A stretch of DNA of 64,000 nt from Bdellovibrionales bacterium. GTDB taxonomy: Bacteria; Bdellovibrionota; Bdellovibrionia; Bdellovibrionales; UBA1609. The DNA lies in the NCBI GenBank assembly GCA_965205365.1, contig CBDBGT010000005.1:270121-334120 (forward strand), in the 5' to 3' direction. The translations under genes were made by a program, and so were the position numbers. A model generated the notes under the pieces. The model did not search any database, was not told the origin of the DNA, and worked only from the letters and a program-made list of their open reading frames with translations. Below are positions 41,824-52,947 of this stretch, piece after piece (position 1 is the stretch's first letter; every line of letters starts with the position of its first letter).

Positions 41824-42039
41824 TTTTGGCGGGTTTTTTGGTGGAGGGGTTTATATTGTTATAGGAGGCCTTATTTGTTTTTGCTTAAGTCTAATTTTAG
41901 AAGGCTTTGTTCTTAAAAGAAGACTGCTACTTTAGTTAAGGTTATTTTGATATCCATGGTCTAGGATTTATAAAAAAATCTCATGAGTAATTTCTATATT
42001 TTTTAGGATGTTTTTTAGAAAAACTTTTTAAAGCTTGTA

Positions 42040-42792
42040 TTAAAAAAAATCGTTTCTTATGAAATCCATATAATGCCAGCCATTTTTTTTTGCAATTTTA
42101 AGAGCACTATTTTCACAATTATAAATGGAAGAATTTAAAGTTGCTGAATGAACGATTTGTTTTAAATGAGTTGAGGTTTTCATCATGGGAATATCTGAAA
42201 TTGTATTTCCTGAAACAAAAAATGGTTTTTTTCCTTTTGTATGCTCAAGTAGAGCCTTAACTTTTCCTTCATGCCAGCTAATATAGCCTGTTTTTTTATT
42301 GGTTATAATTCCATTTTCAAGTTTAGCTTCAATGCCAATAATATTTTGCCGAGGCAGCCCTAGTTCTAAAGCTGCAGATTCAATGGCCCACTTTACAGAG
42401 GCAGTAACCATATAGACTTTAACCCCTTTATTGATTAAAAACCTAATGATTTCTTTTTGGTGTTGAATAAAGCGAGGTCTAACTTGTTCATTAAATTTAT
42501 CTCCAAAGGAGCGAACCTCGCCTATTGAGAAACCTGCAAGGGTTTTTGCAAACCAAAAAAGTCCAGCTTGGGTATTTTTTTTTTCCTCCTTTCTGTAATC
42601 ACTCCAAGTATAGGGCTTATTTTTAAAAAATTTTTCTTTTACTTGATAGTCAAAGAAATCACGCCCTACATCAGATAGCCAGCATGTTCCGTCAGCATCA
42701 AAAGCTGCAATGGGATTGGTTTTTGGATCACTTAGGGCGGTCTCAATATTTTTTTTAATTAAATTAGTATAGGCTTTAGGTACATTATGCAT
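42040..42792 (-). CDS. HAD-IB family hydrolase (phosphoserine phosphatase-like)
   Basis: Motif I AAFDADGTCW, motif II VTAS, and motif III/IV K...GNTISDIPMM. Confidence 0.55.
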   Translation of the reverse strand: MHNVPKAYTNLIKKNIETALSDPKTNPIAAFDADGTCWLSDVGRDFFDYQVKEKFFKNKPYTWSDYRKEEKKNTQAGLFWFAKTLAGFSIGEVRSFGDKFNEQVRPRFIQHQKEIIRFLINKGVKVYMVTASVKWAIESAALELGLPRQNIIGIEAKLENGIITNKKTGYISWHEGKVKALLEHTKGKKPFFVSGNTISDIPMMKTSTHLKQIVHSATLNSSIYNCENSALKIAKKNGWHYMDFIRNDFF

Positions 42793-43044
42793 TATCTACT
42801 TTTGTAGCATAAACCATGAAAAATCAATGGAATTAAGAAAAATCATGATTAAAAGGCTTAAATTTTATAGGCTTTTTAGTGTTGAAGCTAAAAAAATCTT
42901 ATTAAAAGTACTTTCTTAGGTTTTAAAAGAAAATATTTGTAAGGAGTTGGTTTTTTTAAGGCATAGGGGTTAGAAATAAGTTTCAGGTGTGTTTTGTTTA
43001 AAGTAAGAAATAGGTTAAAATAAAGCCCTTGTTAAGGTTAGAAA

Positions 43045-44682
43045 ATGGAGTGGAGTATGGAATTAACATCATCTTTTTTAAATAGATCTGAGCACTTAAA
43101 AGCTTTAAGAAATGATGTGTTTGATTTATTAGTGGTGGGTGGTGGCATTACTGGGGCTGGTGTTGCACGAGATGCGGCCTTAAGGGGTTTATCAGTTTGT
43201 TTGATTGAAAAGGGTGATTTTGGAGAGGGAACAAGCTCTCGTTCTAGCAAACTTGCTCATGGAGGGCTTCGTTATTTAGAAAATTTGGAGTTTGATTTAG
43301 TAAGTGAGGCTTTACATGAGAGGCAAAATCTTTTGCATATGGCTTCTCATATGGTAAAGCCTCTTAGGTTTTTAATGCCGATTTATAAAGGGGATAGGGT
43401 GAGCCCCTTTAAGATGAAGCTTGGGATGATTTTATACGATTTATTAGCAGTCTTTAACACTCCTAAGTTTCATGAAAGTATTTCAGTAAGAAGAATTAAA
43501 GAAGACTATCTTAAACTAAAAACTAAAAACTTAAAAAAAGGGTTTTTATATTCTGATGCTCTTATGGATGATGATCGCTTAGTTCTTGAAACCATGCGCT
43601 CAGCGGTTAAAAATGGTGCGGTGGTTTTAAATTATGTTGAGTGTAGAGAGTTTGAATCAGATAAGGGCTGTAAAATATTTTGTGAAGATAAACTTTCAGG
43701 GGGTTGTTTTTTAGTTTCAGGTAAACATATGGTTTCTTGTGTGGGGCCTTGGACAGATAAGCTTGGATCATTAGTAGATTCTTCTTGGGAACCTAGGATG
43801 AGGCCTTCAAAAGGTGTACATATTACTCTTCCAAAGAAGATACTAAATCTTAAAACTGCTGTTGTAATGGCTGCAGATGGACAAAACAGAATTTTATTTT
43901 GTATCCCAAGAGAGGATTTTGATATTGTGGGCACTACGGATACGGATTTTATAGGGGACCCGTCTTTTGTTCGAGCAGAGAAGAAAGATGTAGATTATAT
44001 TCTTGATATTTTAAATGAGTACTATCCAGGTGTTGGAATTGACTACAGTGATATTTTTTTTACATACGCTGGGGTGAGGCCTTTAGTGAATGATGGTTCA
44101 AATTCAGAAAGTAAGGTAAGTAGGAGTCATTGGATTAAAACTGATTTAGAAAATAAGGTTACATATATTTCTGGTGGAAAATATACAACATTTTTATCTA
44201 TGGCTAAAGATTGTGTTGATGAGGTTTTGCAGGTAACTGAACTGGGTAAAAAGGTTAGGGTGGGGTTAAACTCAAGTAAACCTTTTGTAGATTTAAATAC
44301 AGAAGACAACAATGATTTAGCTTTAAAATTTTTTTTAGAAAATGCTCAAATAAATTGGTCCATTAAAGAACGTAAGAGTTTTGTTTTTAGGCATGGGGCA
44401 CAGGCTGTTGTTTTTGTTAAAAGATGGCCAGGCTTAAAGTTAGAAGAGTTAGAGGCTAAGGTTGCAATTCATTATTATTTTTGTGGTTCGTTAAGAGATT
44501 TTTACTTTAGGCGGGTGCCGTATTTGTTAAAAGGTTTGACTTGTTTACAAGAAACTTTGGCCGCAGTGGGAGAAATTTTTAAAAATGATTTAGGTTTAAA
44601 TGATGAGCAGTTTAAATTACAGACTAAAGAGCTTAACAAAGCTGTTGCTTTTGAAAACTCTTGGCGAAAGGACATATGTTGA
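43045..44682 (+). CDS. glpD: FAD-dependent glycerol-3-phosphate dehydrogenase
   Basis: Dinucleotide fold DLLVVGGGITGAGVARDAALRG, the SSRSSKLAHGGLRYL block and a C-terminal alpha-helical domain. Confidence 0.8.
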   Translation: MEWSMELTSSFLNRSEHLKALRNDVFDLLVVGGGITGAGVARDAALRGLSVCLIEKGDFGEGTSSRSSKLAHGGLRYLENLEFDLVSEALHERQNLLHMASHMVKPLRFLMPIYKGDRVSPFKMKLGMILYDLLAVFNTPKFHESISVRRIKEDYLKLKTKNLKKGFLYSDALMDDDRLVLETMRSAVKNGAVVLNYVECREFESDKGCKIFCEDKLSGGCFLVSGKHMVSCVGPWTDKLGSLVDSSWEPRMRPSKGVHITLPKKILNLKTAVVMAADGQNRILFCIPREDFDIVGTTDTDFIGDPSFVRAEKKDVDYILDILNEYYPGVGIDYSDIFFTYAGVRPLVNDGSNSESKVSRSHWIKTDLENKVTYISGGKYTTFLSMAKDCVDEVLQVTELGKKVRVGLNSSKPFVDLNTEDNNDLALKFFLENAQINWSIKERKSFVFRHGAQAVVFVKRWPGLKLEELEAKVAIHYYFCGSLRDFYFRRVPYLLKGLTCLQETLAAVGEIFKNDLGLNDEQFKLQTKELNKAVAFENSWRKDIC

Positions 44683-44730
44683 CTATAGCTTAAGTCCAGT
44701 GTGAAATGAATTTTAAAAAAATGGTGGTAA

Positions 44731-45774
<1,044 letters not shown>

Positions 45775-45784
45775 TAGGTTTTAG

Positions 45785-46207
45785 GTGAGAGAAGAAAATA
45801 ATTTTAAGTTAGCGGCAAAAATACTTTTTTTTGGTACTCTTGAAGAGCACTTTGCCATTGAGGCGGCAAAAAAAATTGTAAAAATAAAAAATCAAAAACT
45901 TCTTTTAGACCGTATCCATGGGCTTCTTCTACGTAGAAAAGATAAAATGGCTACAATGGTTCATCTTACTGATGTTGCGTTTATATTCCCTGTGGGTGTA
46001 GATTTGAGTTACTGGAGAGAGTTTAAAATGAACTGTCAAAGAGATGCATTTTTGGCTATTTTATACAAATGGATCGGTGGAATTTCAGATGAAAATTTAT
46101 GTGAAGCACTTCAAATCTCAAGGGGAAGCCTTTACTCTCTTTACAACCAAGGTTTAAGGAGCTTAGGCAAGTTGCTAGTCAATAGCCAGATTACTTTGGG
46201 TATTTAA
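45785..46207 (+). CDS. small protein with a sigma-70 region-4-like HTH only
   Basis: GTG start, 140 aa. The C-terminal QRDAFLAILYKWIGGISDENLCEALQISRGSLYSLYNQGLRSLGKLL fits the sigma region 4.2 pattern. No recognisable region 2. Confidence 0.45.
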   Translation: MREENNFKLAAKILFFGTLEEHFAIEAAKKIVKIKNQKLLLDRIHGLLLRRKDKMATMVHLTDVAFIFPVGVDLSYWREFKMNCQRDAFLAILYKWIGGISDENLCEALQISRGSLYSLYNQGLRSLGKLLVNSQITLGI

Positions 46208-46210
46208 GTT

Positions 46211-46573
46211 ATGGGTATGAACGATAAGCCCTTTATAGGAGAACCCCTTTTTTCTTCATTTTTTTATGAAAATAAGTTGTACGAGTTTTCTCAAAAAAAA
46301 CTATCTAAAGCTGATCATTTAGTAATGAAAAAAATGTCTGGAAAAACTTCTGAATTAAAATATGAAATAGGAGGGGTGCTCCTTTCTTTGGAGTATTTGA
46401 ATAAACTTAAAGAGGTGTCGTTAGAAGTTAAAAAAATAGACTATGAGAATTTAGAAAAAAAATCATTTTTATATAAAACTTTTATTTTTTTATTTTTTAT
46501 AGTTTTAACAACTGCGTTTTCTGTTTCAGGTTACTATGTAATCCGTATTTTTTTTCAAGAAGGGCTAAATTGA
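46211..46573 (+). CDS. single-pass membrane protein, anti-sigma-factor-like architecture
   Basis: 120 aa. Cytoplasmic N-domain (LYEFSQKKLSKADHLVMKKMSGKTSELKYE) that lacks the zinc-binding Cys/His of ZAS-type (zinc-binding) anti-sigma factors. C-terminal TM helix FIFLFFIVLTTAFSVSGYYVI. Tightly coupled to the ORFs on both sides. Confidence 0.35.
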   Translation: MGMNDKPFIGEPLFSSFFYENKLYEFSQKKLSKADHLVMKKMSGKTSELKYEIGGVLLSLEYLNKLKEVSLEVKKIDYENLEKKSFLYKTFIFLFFIVLTTAFSVSGYYVIRIFFQEGLN

Positions 46574-48264
46574 ACAAATATTCTTTAAAGTCTTTTGCGC
46601 TTTTTTGGATGTCACTTTTTATAGTTTCTTTTCTAGGTTTTTTATACGTTATACTTAATCTTTTTTTTTCTGAGCATTTAACTAGATCAAGTTTAAAAGA
46701 TTTAAAATATATGGCTCATGTTGCAAAGCTCATTTTGTCAGAAGAGGAGGCGAGAATGAAAACTTCTCTGGCCTTGCATGTAAGTTCTGAAGAGTTTATT
46801 GATCTTTTGTCTCAACGTGCTTTTAAAAAAGTAAATAAATTTATTAACAATTGGAAGCGGATTTTAAGAATAGACAATATTTGGCTTTATAATAACATGG
46901 GGGAGCCCATAGATCTTAAAACAGGATTGGTGTCTAAGGACAGCGTGGGGCTTTTAAAAGAGAGTATTGGAAAGTTAAATTTTGGTTACGATGAAACAAA
47001 GTATAAGGCTACTAAAAATGGACTCTTGATTTCAGTAGAAAGAAAAATTACGGGTCATAACCATCTTTCTCAAGGGTATTTAGTAGAACAAAAAAAAATA
47101 CCCTATGAAGCATTTTTAGAAATCGGTTTAGACAGAGATTTAATTGTGATGTCTGATGAAGGTATAGTTTTCACCACAAAAAATATTGAAACACTTAAAA
47201 AACTTTCAAAAAAAACTTTTCCAAAGGGAGCAAAGGCATTTGAGCTTTCATTAGAAGGAAAGACTTTTGATATGTCTAGGCTAGATTTGGCTCAGGGTAT
47301 AACATTCTTCTTGGTAAAAAAGAATTTAAAGAAGGTTGTTCTTAGTGGTTTTTATAAAAAATACTTGGTTTACTTTGGATTGCTAATAGTGTTTTTAGTA
47401 TTAGGTTTTTATCTTTCCTATTATAGGCAGGTATTTCGTCCATTGGAGCAAATTAGTGAGTTTATTTTGCGTGATGGAGGAAGGTTTAGAGTTGAAACTT
47501 CAGTACATGAAATAAGCCTTATTGCAAAAAAACTAGAGGAAAAAATTTTTGAACTCAACAAGGATATTGAAAGAAGTGAACGTGGTAGAGCTAGTGATAT
47601 GTCTAGGCTTGTTGCTAGTGTTGCCCATGAGCTTAACAATTCTCTTTCATATTTAGGGGGTAATCTTGAATATCTAGAGGGTGAGTTAAATGAAACAAAA
47701 AAGATAGATGCAGGTGAGTTTAAAGCTGCTGTTTTGTCTGCTCAATCAGGCTATGAATATATTAAAAAAATCGTTTCTGATTTAAGAGTGTTTTCTACTA
47801 AAAGAGATGTCTTAATTTCTTGGTATGATGTAAAGGTTTTAAAAAATAAAATTCAAAAAGAATTTGATAATGTGAGTGTAAGTTTTCCAGAAGATTTGTA
47901 TGCCTATGAAGTGGAAATAGATTTAGATAGATCAATTCAGATTGTTAAAAATCTTATTATAAATGCAGAGCAGGCGTATCAGGAGAGTATAAAAAATAAG
48001 AAGGTGCTTATTTCTTTTTATTTGGATGGTGATGGATTTGTAATTGCTGTTAAGGATTGGGCAGGGGGTTTTTCAACAGAAATAAGAAATAAGATTTTTG
48101 AGCCGTTTTATACAACTAAAAAGAATATGGGGGGTGCGGGCTTAGGTCTTGCACTTTCGCGCAATTTAGCAGAAGAGATGAATTCAGATCTATTTTTAAA
48201 GGAGGTTGGCTCTGAGGGGACAGTATTTTGTTTTAAATTGAAACACTTTAGAACTAAAGTGTAA
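46570..48264 (+). CDS. sensor histidine kinase (two TM helices, periplasmic loop of about 230 aa)
   Basis: H box VASVAHELNNSLSYL, N box NLIINAEQA, and G1/G2 boxes DWAGGF and TKKNMGGAGLGLALS. No response regulator gene is adjacent. Confidence 0.85.
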   Translation: MNKYSLKSFALFWMSLFIVSFLGFLYVILNLFFSEHLTRSSLKDLKYMAHVAKLILSEEEARMKTSLALHVSSEEFIDLLSQRAFKKVNKFINNWKRILRIDNIWLYNNMGEPIDLKTGLVSKDSVGLLKESIGKLNFGYDETKYKATKNGLLISVERKITGHNHLSQGYLVEQKKIPYEAFLEIGLDRDLIVMSDEGIVFTTKNIETLKKLSKKTFPKGAKAFELSLEGKTFDMSRLDLAQGITFFLVKKNLKKVVLSGFYKKYLVYFGLLIVFLVLGFYLSYYRQVFRPLEQISEFILRDGGRFRVETSVHEISLIAKKLEEKIFELNKDIERSERGRASDMSRLVASVAHELNNSLSYLGGNLEYLEGELNETKKIDAGEFKAAVLSAQSGYEYIKKIVSDLRVFSTKRDVLISWYDVKVLKNKIQKEFDNVSVSFPEDLYAYEVEIDLDRSIQIVKNLIINAEQAYQESIKNKKVLISFYLDGDGFVIAVKDWAGGFSTEIRNKIFEPFYTTKKNMGGAGLGLALSRNLAEEMNSDLFLKEVGSEGTVFCFKLKHFRTKV

Positions 48265-48282
48265 ACTCCGATGTAAAGCTTA

Positions 48283-48789
48283 ATGGCTTTAAGTTCTCGC
48301 ATAAAAGATGTTATGTTTATTTCTATGTTTTCAACATTAATGTTTTTTGGTGCATTTTTTTTATTTTCTTCTTTAAAAAAAACAAAGGTTAATGAGCAGA
48401 TTTCCATTAAATCCTTAGAGAAAGAGATGAATGATAAGGTGAATGAACAAGTTCAAATGCTTCAGATAAAAAATAGAAACTTTAAAAGTAAACTTACTAA
48501 GCCTAGGCCTGTGGGTATAGATAAAGTTTTTAAGGAGGAGTTTTTAAATACTAATTCAAAATATAAACTGGATGTTTTTAAACAACAGGGCTTGCAACCT
48601 TCAAGGGTCATACCAAAAGACGCATTTGAAAAAATCAGTGCTCGGCTAGAGCTTGAAGATTTAAAAGTCGCTGAGGAGAAAAGGCTTTTAAGAGAGTATA
48701 AAAAGCAAATTGTTCAAAAGGCTCGCAAACTAGGGTGGGTTATTGAAGTCAATGATGATTTAAAGGTGATCTCTGCAAAAAAGTTATAA
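48283..48789 (+). CDS. hypothetical membrane-anchored coiled-coil protein
   Basis: 168 aa. N-terminal TM helix (VMFISMFSTLMFFGAFFLFSS) followed by a charged helical region. Confidence 0.4.
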   Translation: MALSSRIKDVMFISMFSTLMFFGAFFLFSSLKKTKVNEQISIKSLEKEMNDKVNEQVQMLQIKNRNFKSKLTKPRPVGIDKVFKEEFLNTNSKYKLDVFKQQGLQPSRVIPKDAFEKISARLELEDLKVAEEKRLLREYKKQIVQKARKLGWVIEVNDDLKVISAKKL

Positions 48790-48830
48790 TAAACTTTTTA
48801 CACAAGAATTCATAGGGGGTCTGTTTTAGG

Positions 48831-50018
48831 CTGACTTTTACCCACAAATTACATAGTCACTCCAATCTGAATATCACTAAGCCTCGCCATGGCCCTCCAA
48901 AGCACCAGTGGGCCTGGTGGTGGATCAGAATTTCTCGCCAAATAGCCACCGAGCCGAGCAAAGGCAATAACAAAATCATTACTATTGCTCCTCATTTTCA
49001 ATTTTAACCGTCCTGCATTTCTTTCAAATTTTATAAGTATGGCTCGCTGTTCTTTTGTAAAGCAAAGGTCAGACTTACTATTGGGGGCTTCTCTTGAAAC
49101 TTTTGATAGCCAAAATACTTTCCATGCTAATACACCTGTGAAGCTTACAAATTTTTTTAATCTATCAATATGCTGTAGCCGACTTCTCTCAATGCTAAAT
49201 CCTGATTTTAATGTTTTAAAAAAAACTTCAATATTTCATCTTTCTTTATACCAGTTAATTTTTTCCAAAGCTTCCTCAAAACAATCAACAGGCAGGTTAG
49301 TTAAGAGTTTCCAATCCACTCTATCGGTCATCGAGCTATGCTCTTTTGCTGAAACAACGTATAATTCAATTGGAGGGTATTCTTTTCTCTTATCTATTGG
49401 TGGCAAAATCTTTACTTTATAGTATCGAACTTTTATTTTTGTGATTCTGGATTTTCTTTTATGAGTTTTTGGCAAATGTAACTTATATTCTCCACATGGA
49501 GCTGTTCTTGAAACGCGATCAAAAACTTTTACCTTTCCTCTCACCGTCGACCTTTGATGAACTGCTCTAATTACAAAATTAGTACTTAAACTAATGCAAT
49601 TGAAAAATAATTCATACATGTCAGCATCCCTGTCACAGAGATGAACTAACCGTTCTGGTGGAAATTCAGCAGCTACGCTGTTAACGCCTTCAATCCACTT
49701 AAAACTTTCTTTTTCTTCCACAGGGACGCGTGAAAAGTTTTTACCGGCATTTCTAATCGTTCGTTTATTTTTAATATCCCTTGTCCAGACTTTTTGTGCC
49801 ACTAATCCCAATGGTACTCCAGTACTAGAAAGGGCTAAGGAGGAATGCATCATCATGCCTTTTGTTGTCAGCTCTTTGCCGCTAGCTGGGTGTTTAAAGG
49901 AACCTATAAAACCGCCACCTTGGATAAGTTTTGTTCCTGGAAGAACTACCTCACTTGAATCATGAGAAATTAAAACCTTTTCTTTATCATTAATAGCTTC
50001 CATTCTTTGAAATGTTTG
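48831..50018 (-). pseudogene. second IS50/Tn5-like copy, truncated and nonsense-mutated
   Basis: Starts with the same 19-bp inverted repeat (48831-48849). Collinear with 21079-22264 of copy 1. Identity ends at 50018, which corresponds to codon ~70. TGG to TGA at the YKERW codon ends the ORF early (ORF 49236..50003). One further substitution (L to P in the antisense ORF comparison) is visible. Confidence 0.85.
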
Positions 50019-51258
50019 GCCTCTCCGTTATCTAGAAGGGTGTAGTTTGTGCCAATCTCATTTGAGGTGGCCAGTACCAACTTGAAGTATTGATGTAATT
50101 TGAGTTTAAAAGTCCACATCGCTGCAGTATTTTGTGCATAAATGACTCTGGGTTTGTGTAACCATAGCCCATCCTTCTAAGCACTTTAATCTTGTTGTTT
50201 AAGCCTTCACTTACTGCTGTTGTGAGCCCAGACATAATATATCCTTCAATGTAACCTCTGTACTTTCTTAAGGTTTTTGCAAATTTCAAAAAGGGCTTTA
50301 ATTTTGACTCTCTTGCATATCGGTACCAAAGAACCAGAGCTTTTCTAAAGTCTTTTACATTCTTTTGATCTAAAACTTTATGGAAGTGCTCAACTAAAAC
50401 TGAAGCTTTAAAAATGTTCTTATTCACATCTAAAAGCCTCTCTAATTTAGTAAAATCTCCTTTAGATAAATTCTTCTCACGCTCCACTAAAATATATCTT
50501 TTATGAGGTGCTAGCACATCCATTAAAAACTTATCTTCATTTTCTTTAGCTTTTTTAAACTCAAATTTTCTCACATCATCAAAAAAATTATTTAGCCCTT
50601 CTGCAACATGGAACCTATCAACACAGACCTTAGCATTCTCACATTTACCTATCACAGCCTCAATAAAAGCATCATGCATATCAACTGCAAAAAACTTGAT
50701 CTTATCTAGCTGCTCTTTTGTTAATACCTTTAAACAATTAAGTAAGCTTGAACCCTTTCTGCCCATTGCATTTGAGAGCACCTTTCTCATCTTCGTACAG
50801 ACTAAATTTGTGATGAACTTAATCGTATTCTTGTCACAAGACTTCTTTCCAAAAATAGTTCTAAAGTGCACCTCATCAGATGACATCTGCTCTAAATCTA
50901 ACTTTCTTTCAGCATAGCTTAAAAGAGGTTTTATTTGCTTCATCCGGTACTGATCCAAATTCCACACAGTCTTGGGGTTCATTCTTAAAATTCTAGCAAC
51001 TGACTCACAAGTCATCTCTTCACAAAGACGTCCTGCTTTTTCTACAAGTGAGTAAGTTAAGTTTTCAAAATTAGGGTGAGTAAAATCAACACCAGCTGAT
51101 CTGACTTTATCATCACACATTAAGCAGTGCCCTCGAAGCTGTTTTAAGTAAATCCACACCTCTTCATATGAGCCTATTGGAGAAGCTTTAATTTTTCGAA
51201 GCTTCCACTCATGGACATGAGATATTTGGCAGCCACATTGATTACAGCCTACCCCCGG
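50019..51258 (-). pseudogene. ISL3-family element, missing its transposase 5' end and left inverted repeat
   Basis: ORF 50032..51159 carries the ISL3 DDE core. The frame stays open upstream (CNQCGCQISHVHEW zinc finger) up to the IS3 boundary, with no start codon. About 35-40 N-terminal codons are absent. Confidence 0.75.
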
Positions 51259-51365
51259 TTTTTGGATAGTTGGGACCTGAGAGAAAAATTAATTATTTAA
51301 AATTCAGTTTAACTTTTGAAATCCACTTTATTTAAACAATATCAGGGGCTTAAAAAGGAAAACAC

Positions 51366-51866
51366 ATGAAAAACAATAACCTCAATAAAACTTATAATGA
51401 AAACTTTAAACTCAACGCTGTGAAAAAATTACTCGCTGACAAAAAAGGACTCACTTACACCGCTAGTAAACTTAACATTGCCTCTTCAACCCTCTATGGA
51501 TGGAAGAAAAAATATGCTAATTTAAATTCTATGACCCACAGCAACAGCAATAAAAAACTCTCTCTTGAAGACAAACTTAACTTTATTAAAAAAACTCAAT
51601 CTTTAAATGAAAACGAACTTGGAAAATTTCTTAGAGAAAATGGACTTAACTCTTCAGACCTTATTAATTTTGAAAAAGAATTACTTGGACAAAATCCTGT
51701 TGGAAGACCTTCACTTGATCCTGAAATTAAAACTTTAAGGAAAGATAAAATAAACTTAGAAAGATCTTTAAATCGAGCTGAAAAAGCTCTAGCTGAACAG
51801 TCTGCTAGAATCATCTTGTTAAAAAAAAGCCACGAGATCTGGGGGGTCAAAGAGGACGAAGATTAA
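51366..51866 (+). CDS. IS3 OrfA (HTH / leucine-zipper protein)
   Basis: 166 aa. HTH (ASKLNIASSTLYGWKKKY) and coiled coil. A8 run at 51821-51828 near the 3' end. Confidence 0.85.
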   Translation: MKNNNLNKTYNENFKLNAVKKLLADKKGLTYTASKLNIASSTLYGWKKKYANLNSMTHSNSNKKLSLEDKLNFIKKTQSLNENELGKFLRENGLNSSDLINFEKELLGQNPVGRPSLDPEIKTLRKDKINLERSLNRAEKALAEQSARIILLKKSHEIWGVKEDED

Positions 51867-52906
51867 GTCCTGATGACAAAGAAGTTTGTCTTGAATTAAT
51901 TAACACCTCTTCTAAAAATGGCTGTAGACTTAAACTTGCCTGCAGCGATTTAGAAATTGATATTAAAACTTTCAACCGCTGGAAACTTTCTTTAACTGAT
52001 AAAAGAAAAGGACCCTTATCGCCTCCAAAAAATAAATTAAGTGATAAAGAAAAAGATGAGATCATTAACACCTGTACTTTAAAAAAGTATGTTGATGACT
52101 CTCCTCATGTGATAGTTTCAAAACTTGCAGATGATGGAGTTTATTTAGCAAGTGAATCAAGTTTTTATAAAGTTTTAAAAGAGAATAAACTTTTAGTTCA
52201 TAGAGGAAGAACAAAACCAAAAACTAAACAAAAGCCAAAAGGAATGACTGCAACGGAAGTGAATCAAGTTTATTCTTGGGATATTACTTATTTAAAAACT
52301 TCGGTGCGGGGTCGGTTTTATTATTTATATATGTTTATGGATGTGTTTAGTAGAAAGATTGTAGGTTATAAAGTACACGTTAGAGAAAGTATGGATTTAT
52401 CATCAGAGTTAATTAAAAAGATTTGTGAGAGAGAAAAAATAAAAAGAAATGAGCTAGTATTACATTCAGATAATGGCGGCTCAATGAAGGGAGCAACGAT
52501 GCTAGCAACACTTGATTGGTTGGGAGTTTCAAGTTCATTTAGTAGGCCGAGTGTAAGTAATGACAATGCCTATTCAGAAAGTTTATTTAAGACGTTAAAG
52601 TATGTGCCGGATTATCCAGAGTTTTTTAAAAGCATAGGTGATGCAAGAGACTGGGTTGATAGTTTTGTTAATTGGTACAATGAAGAGCATCGTCACAGTG
52701 GAATAAAGTTTGTGACGCCATCAGAGCGTCATTTAGGAAAAGATAAAGAGATATTAGAAAAGCGTAAGGAAGTTTATGAAGCAGCAAGAAGGTTAAAGCC
52801 AGAGCGCTGGAGTGGCAGAGGAATTAGGAATTGGGAGCGAGAGAATGTGGTGTATTTAAATTGTTTGCCAAGTGAAAAAGTAGTTGTTATGAAGAATGTG
52901 GTTTAA
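51827..52906 (+). CDS. IS3 OrfB (rve DDE integrase domain), expressed as an OrfAB fusion by -1 frameshift
   Basis: The -1 frame is open from about 51820 (KKKPRDLGGQRGRRLSPDDKEV...). DDE blocks WDITYL, HSDNGGSMKG and NAYSESLFKTLK. The track ORF 52109..52906 is only its GTG-initiated tail. Confidence 0.8.
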   Translation, partial: KPRDLGGQRGRRLSPDDKEVCLELINTSSKNGCRLKLACSDLEIDIKTFNRWKLSLTDKRKGPLSPPKNKLSDKEKDEIINTCTLKKYVDDSPHVIVSKLADDGVYLASESSFYKVLKENKLLVHRGRTKPKTKQKPKGMTATEVNQVYSWDITYLKTSVRGRFYYLYMFMDVFSRKIVGYKVHVRESMDLSSELIKKICEREKIKRNELVLHSDNGGSMKGATMLATLDWLGVSSSFSRPSVSNDNAYSESLFKTLKYVPDYPEFFKSIGDARDWVDSFVNWYNEEHRHSGIKFVTPSERHLGKDKEILEKRKEVYEAARRLKPERWSGRGIRNWERENVVYLNCLPSEKVVVMKNVV

Positions 52907-52947
52907 CTGAATTAAATTTCCCTTCAGGTCCCAACTATCCAAAAATT

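Larger units (their letters stand above)
51259..52945 (+). mobile_element. IS3-family insertion sequence, apparently intact
   Basis: Imperfect ~36-bp terminal inverted repeats: TTTTTGGATAGTTGGGACCTGAGAGAAAAATTAATT at the left, and the complement of AATTAAATTTCCCTTCAGGTCCCAACTATCCAAAAA at the right. orfA and orfB overlap in the -1 frame with an A-run slippery site. Confidence 0.85.

Noticed and set aside
41824-42039. Possible small hydrophobic peptide (…FGGFFGGGVYIVIGGLICFCLSLILEGFVLKRRLLL) downstream of pepP
   Set aside because: It has no start codon or ribosome-binding site in frame and reads through from the pepP stop region. Most likely non-coding.
45785-46573. The two ORFs after mreB as divergent MreC and MreD
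   Set aside because: MreC is a bitopic protein of about 250-350 aa with a periplasmic beta-rich domain, and MreD is a polytopic membrane protein. These ORFs are a soluble 140-aa HTH protein and a 120-aa single-pass protein, so the architectures do not fit.
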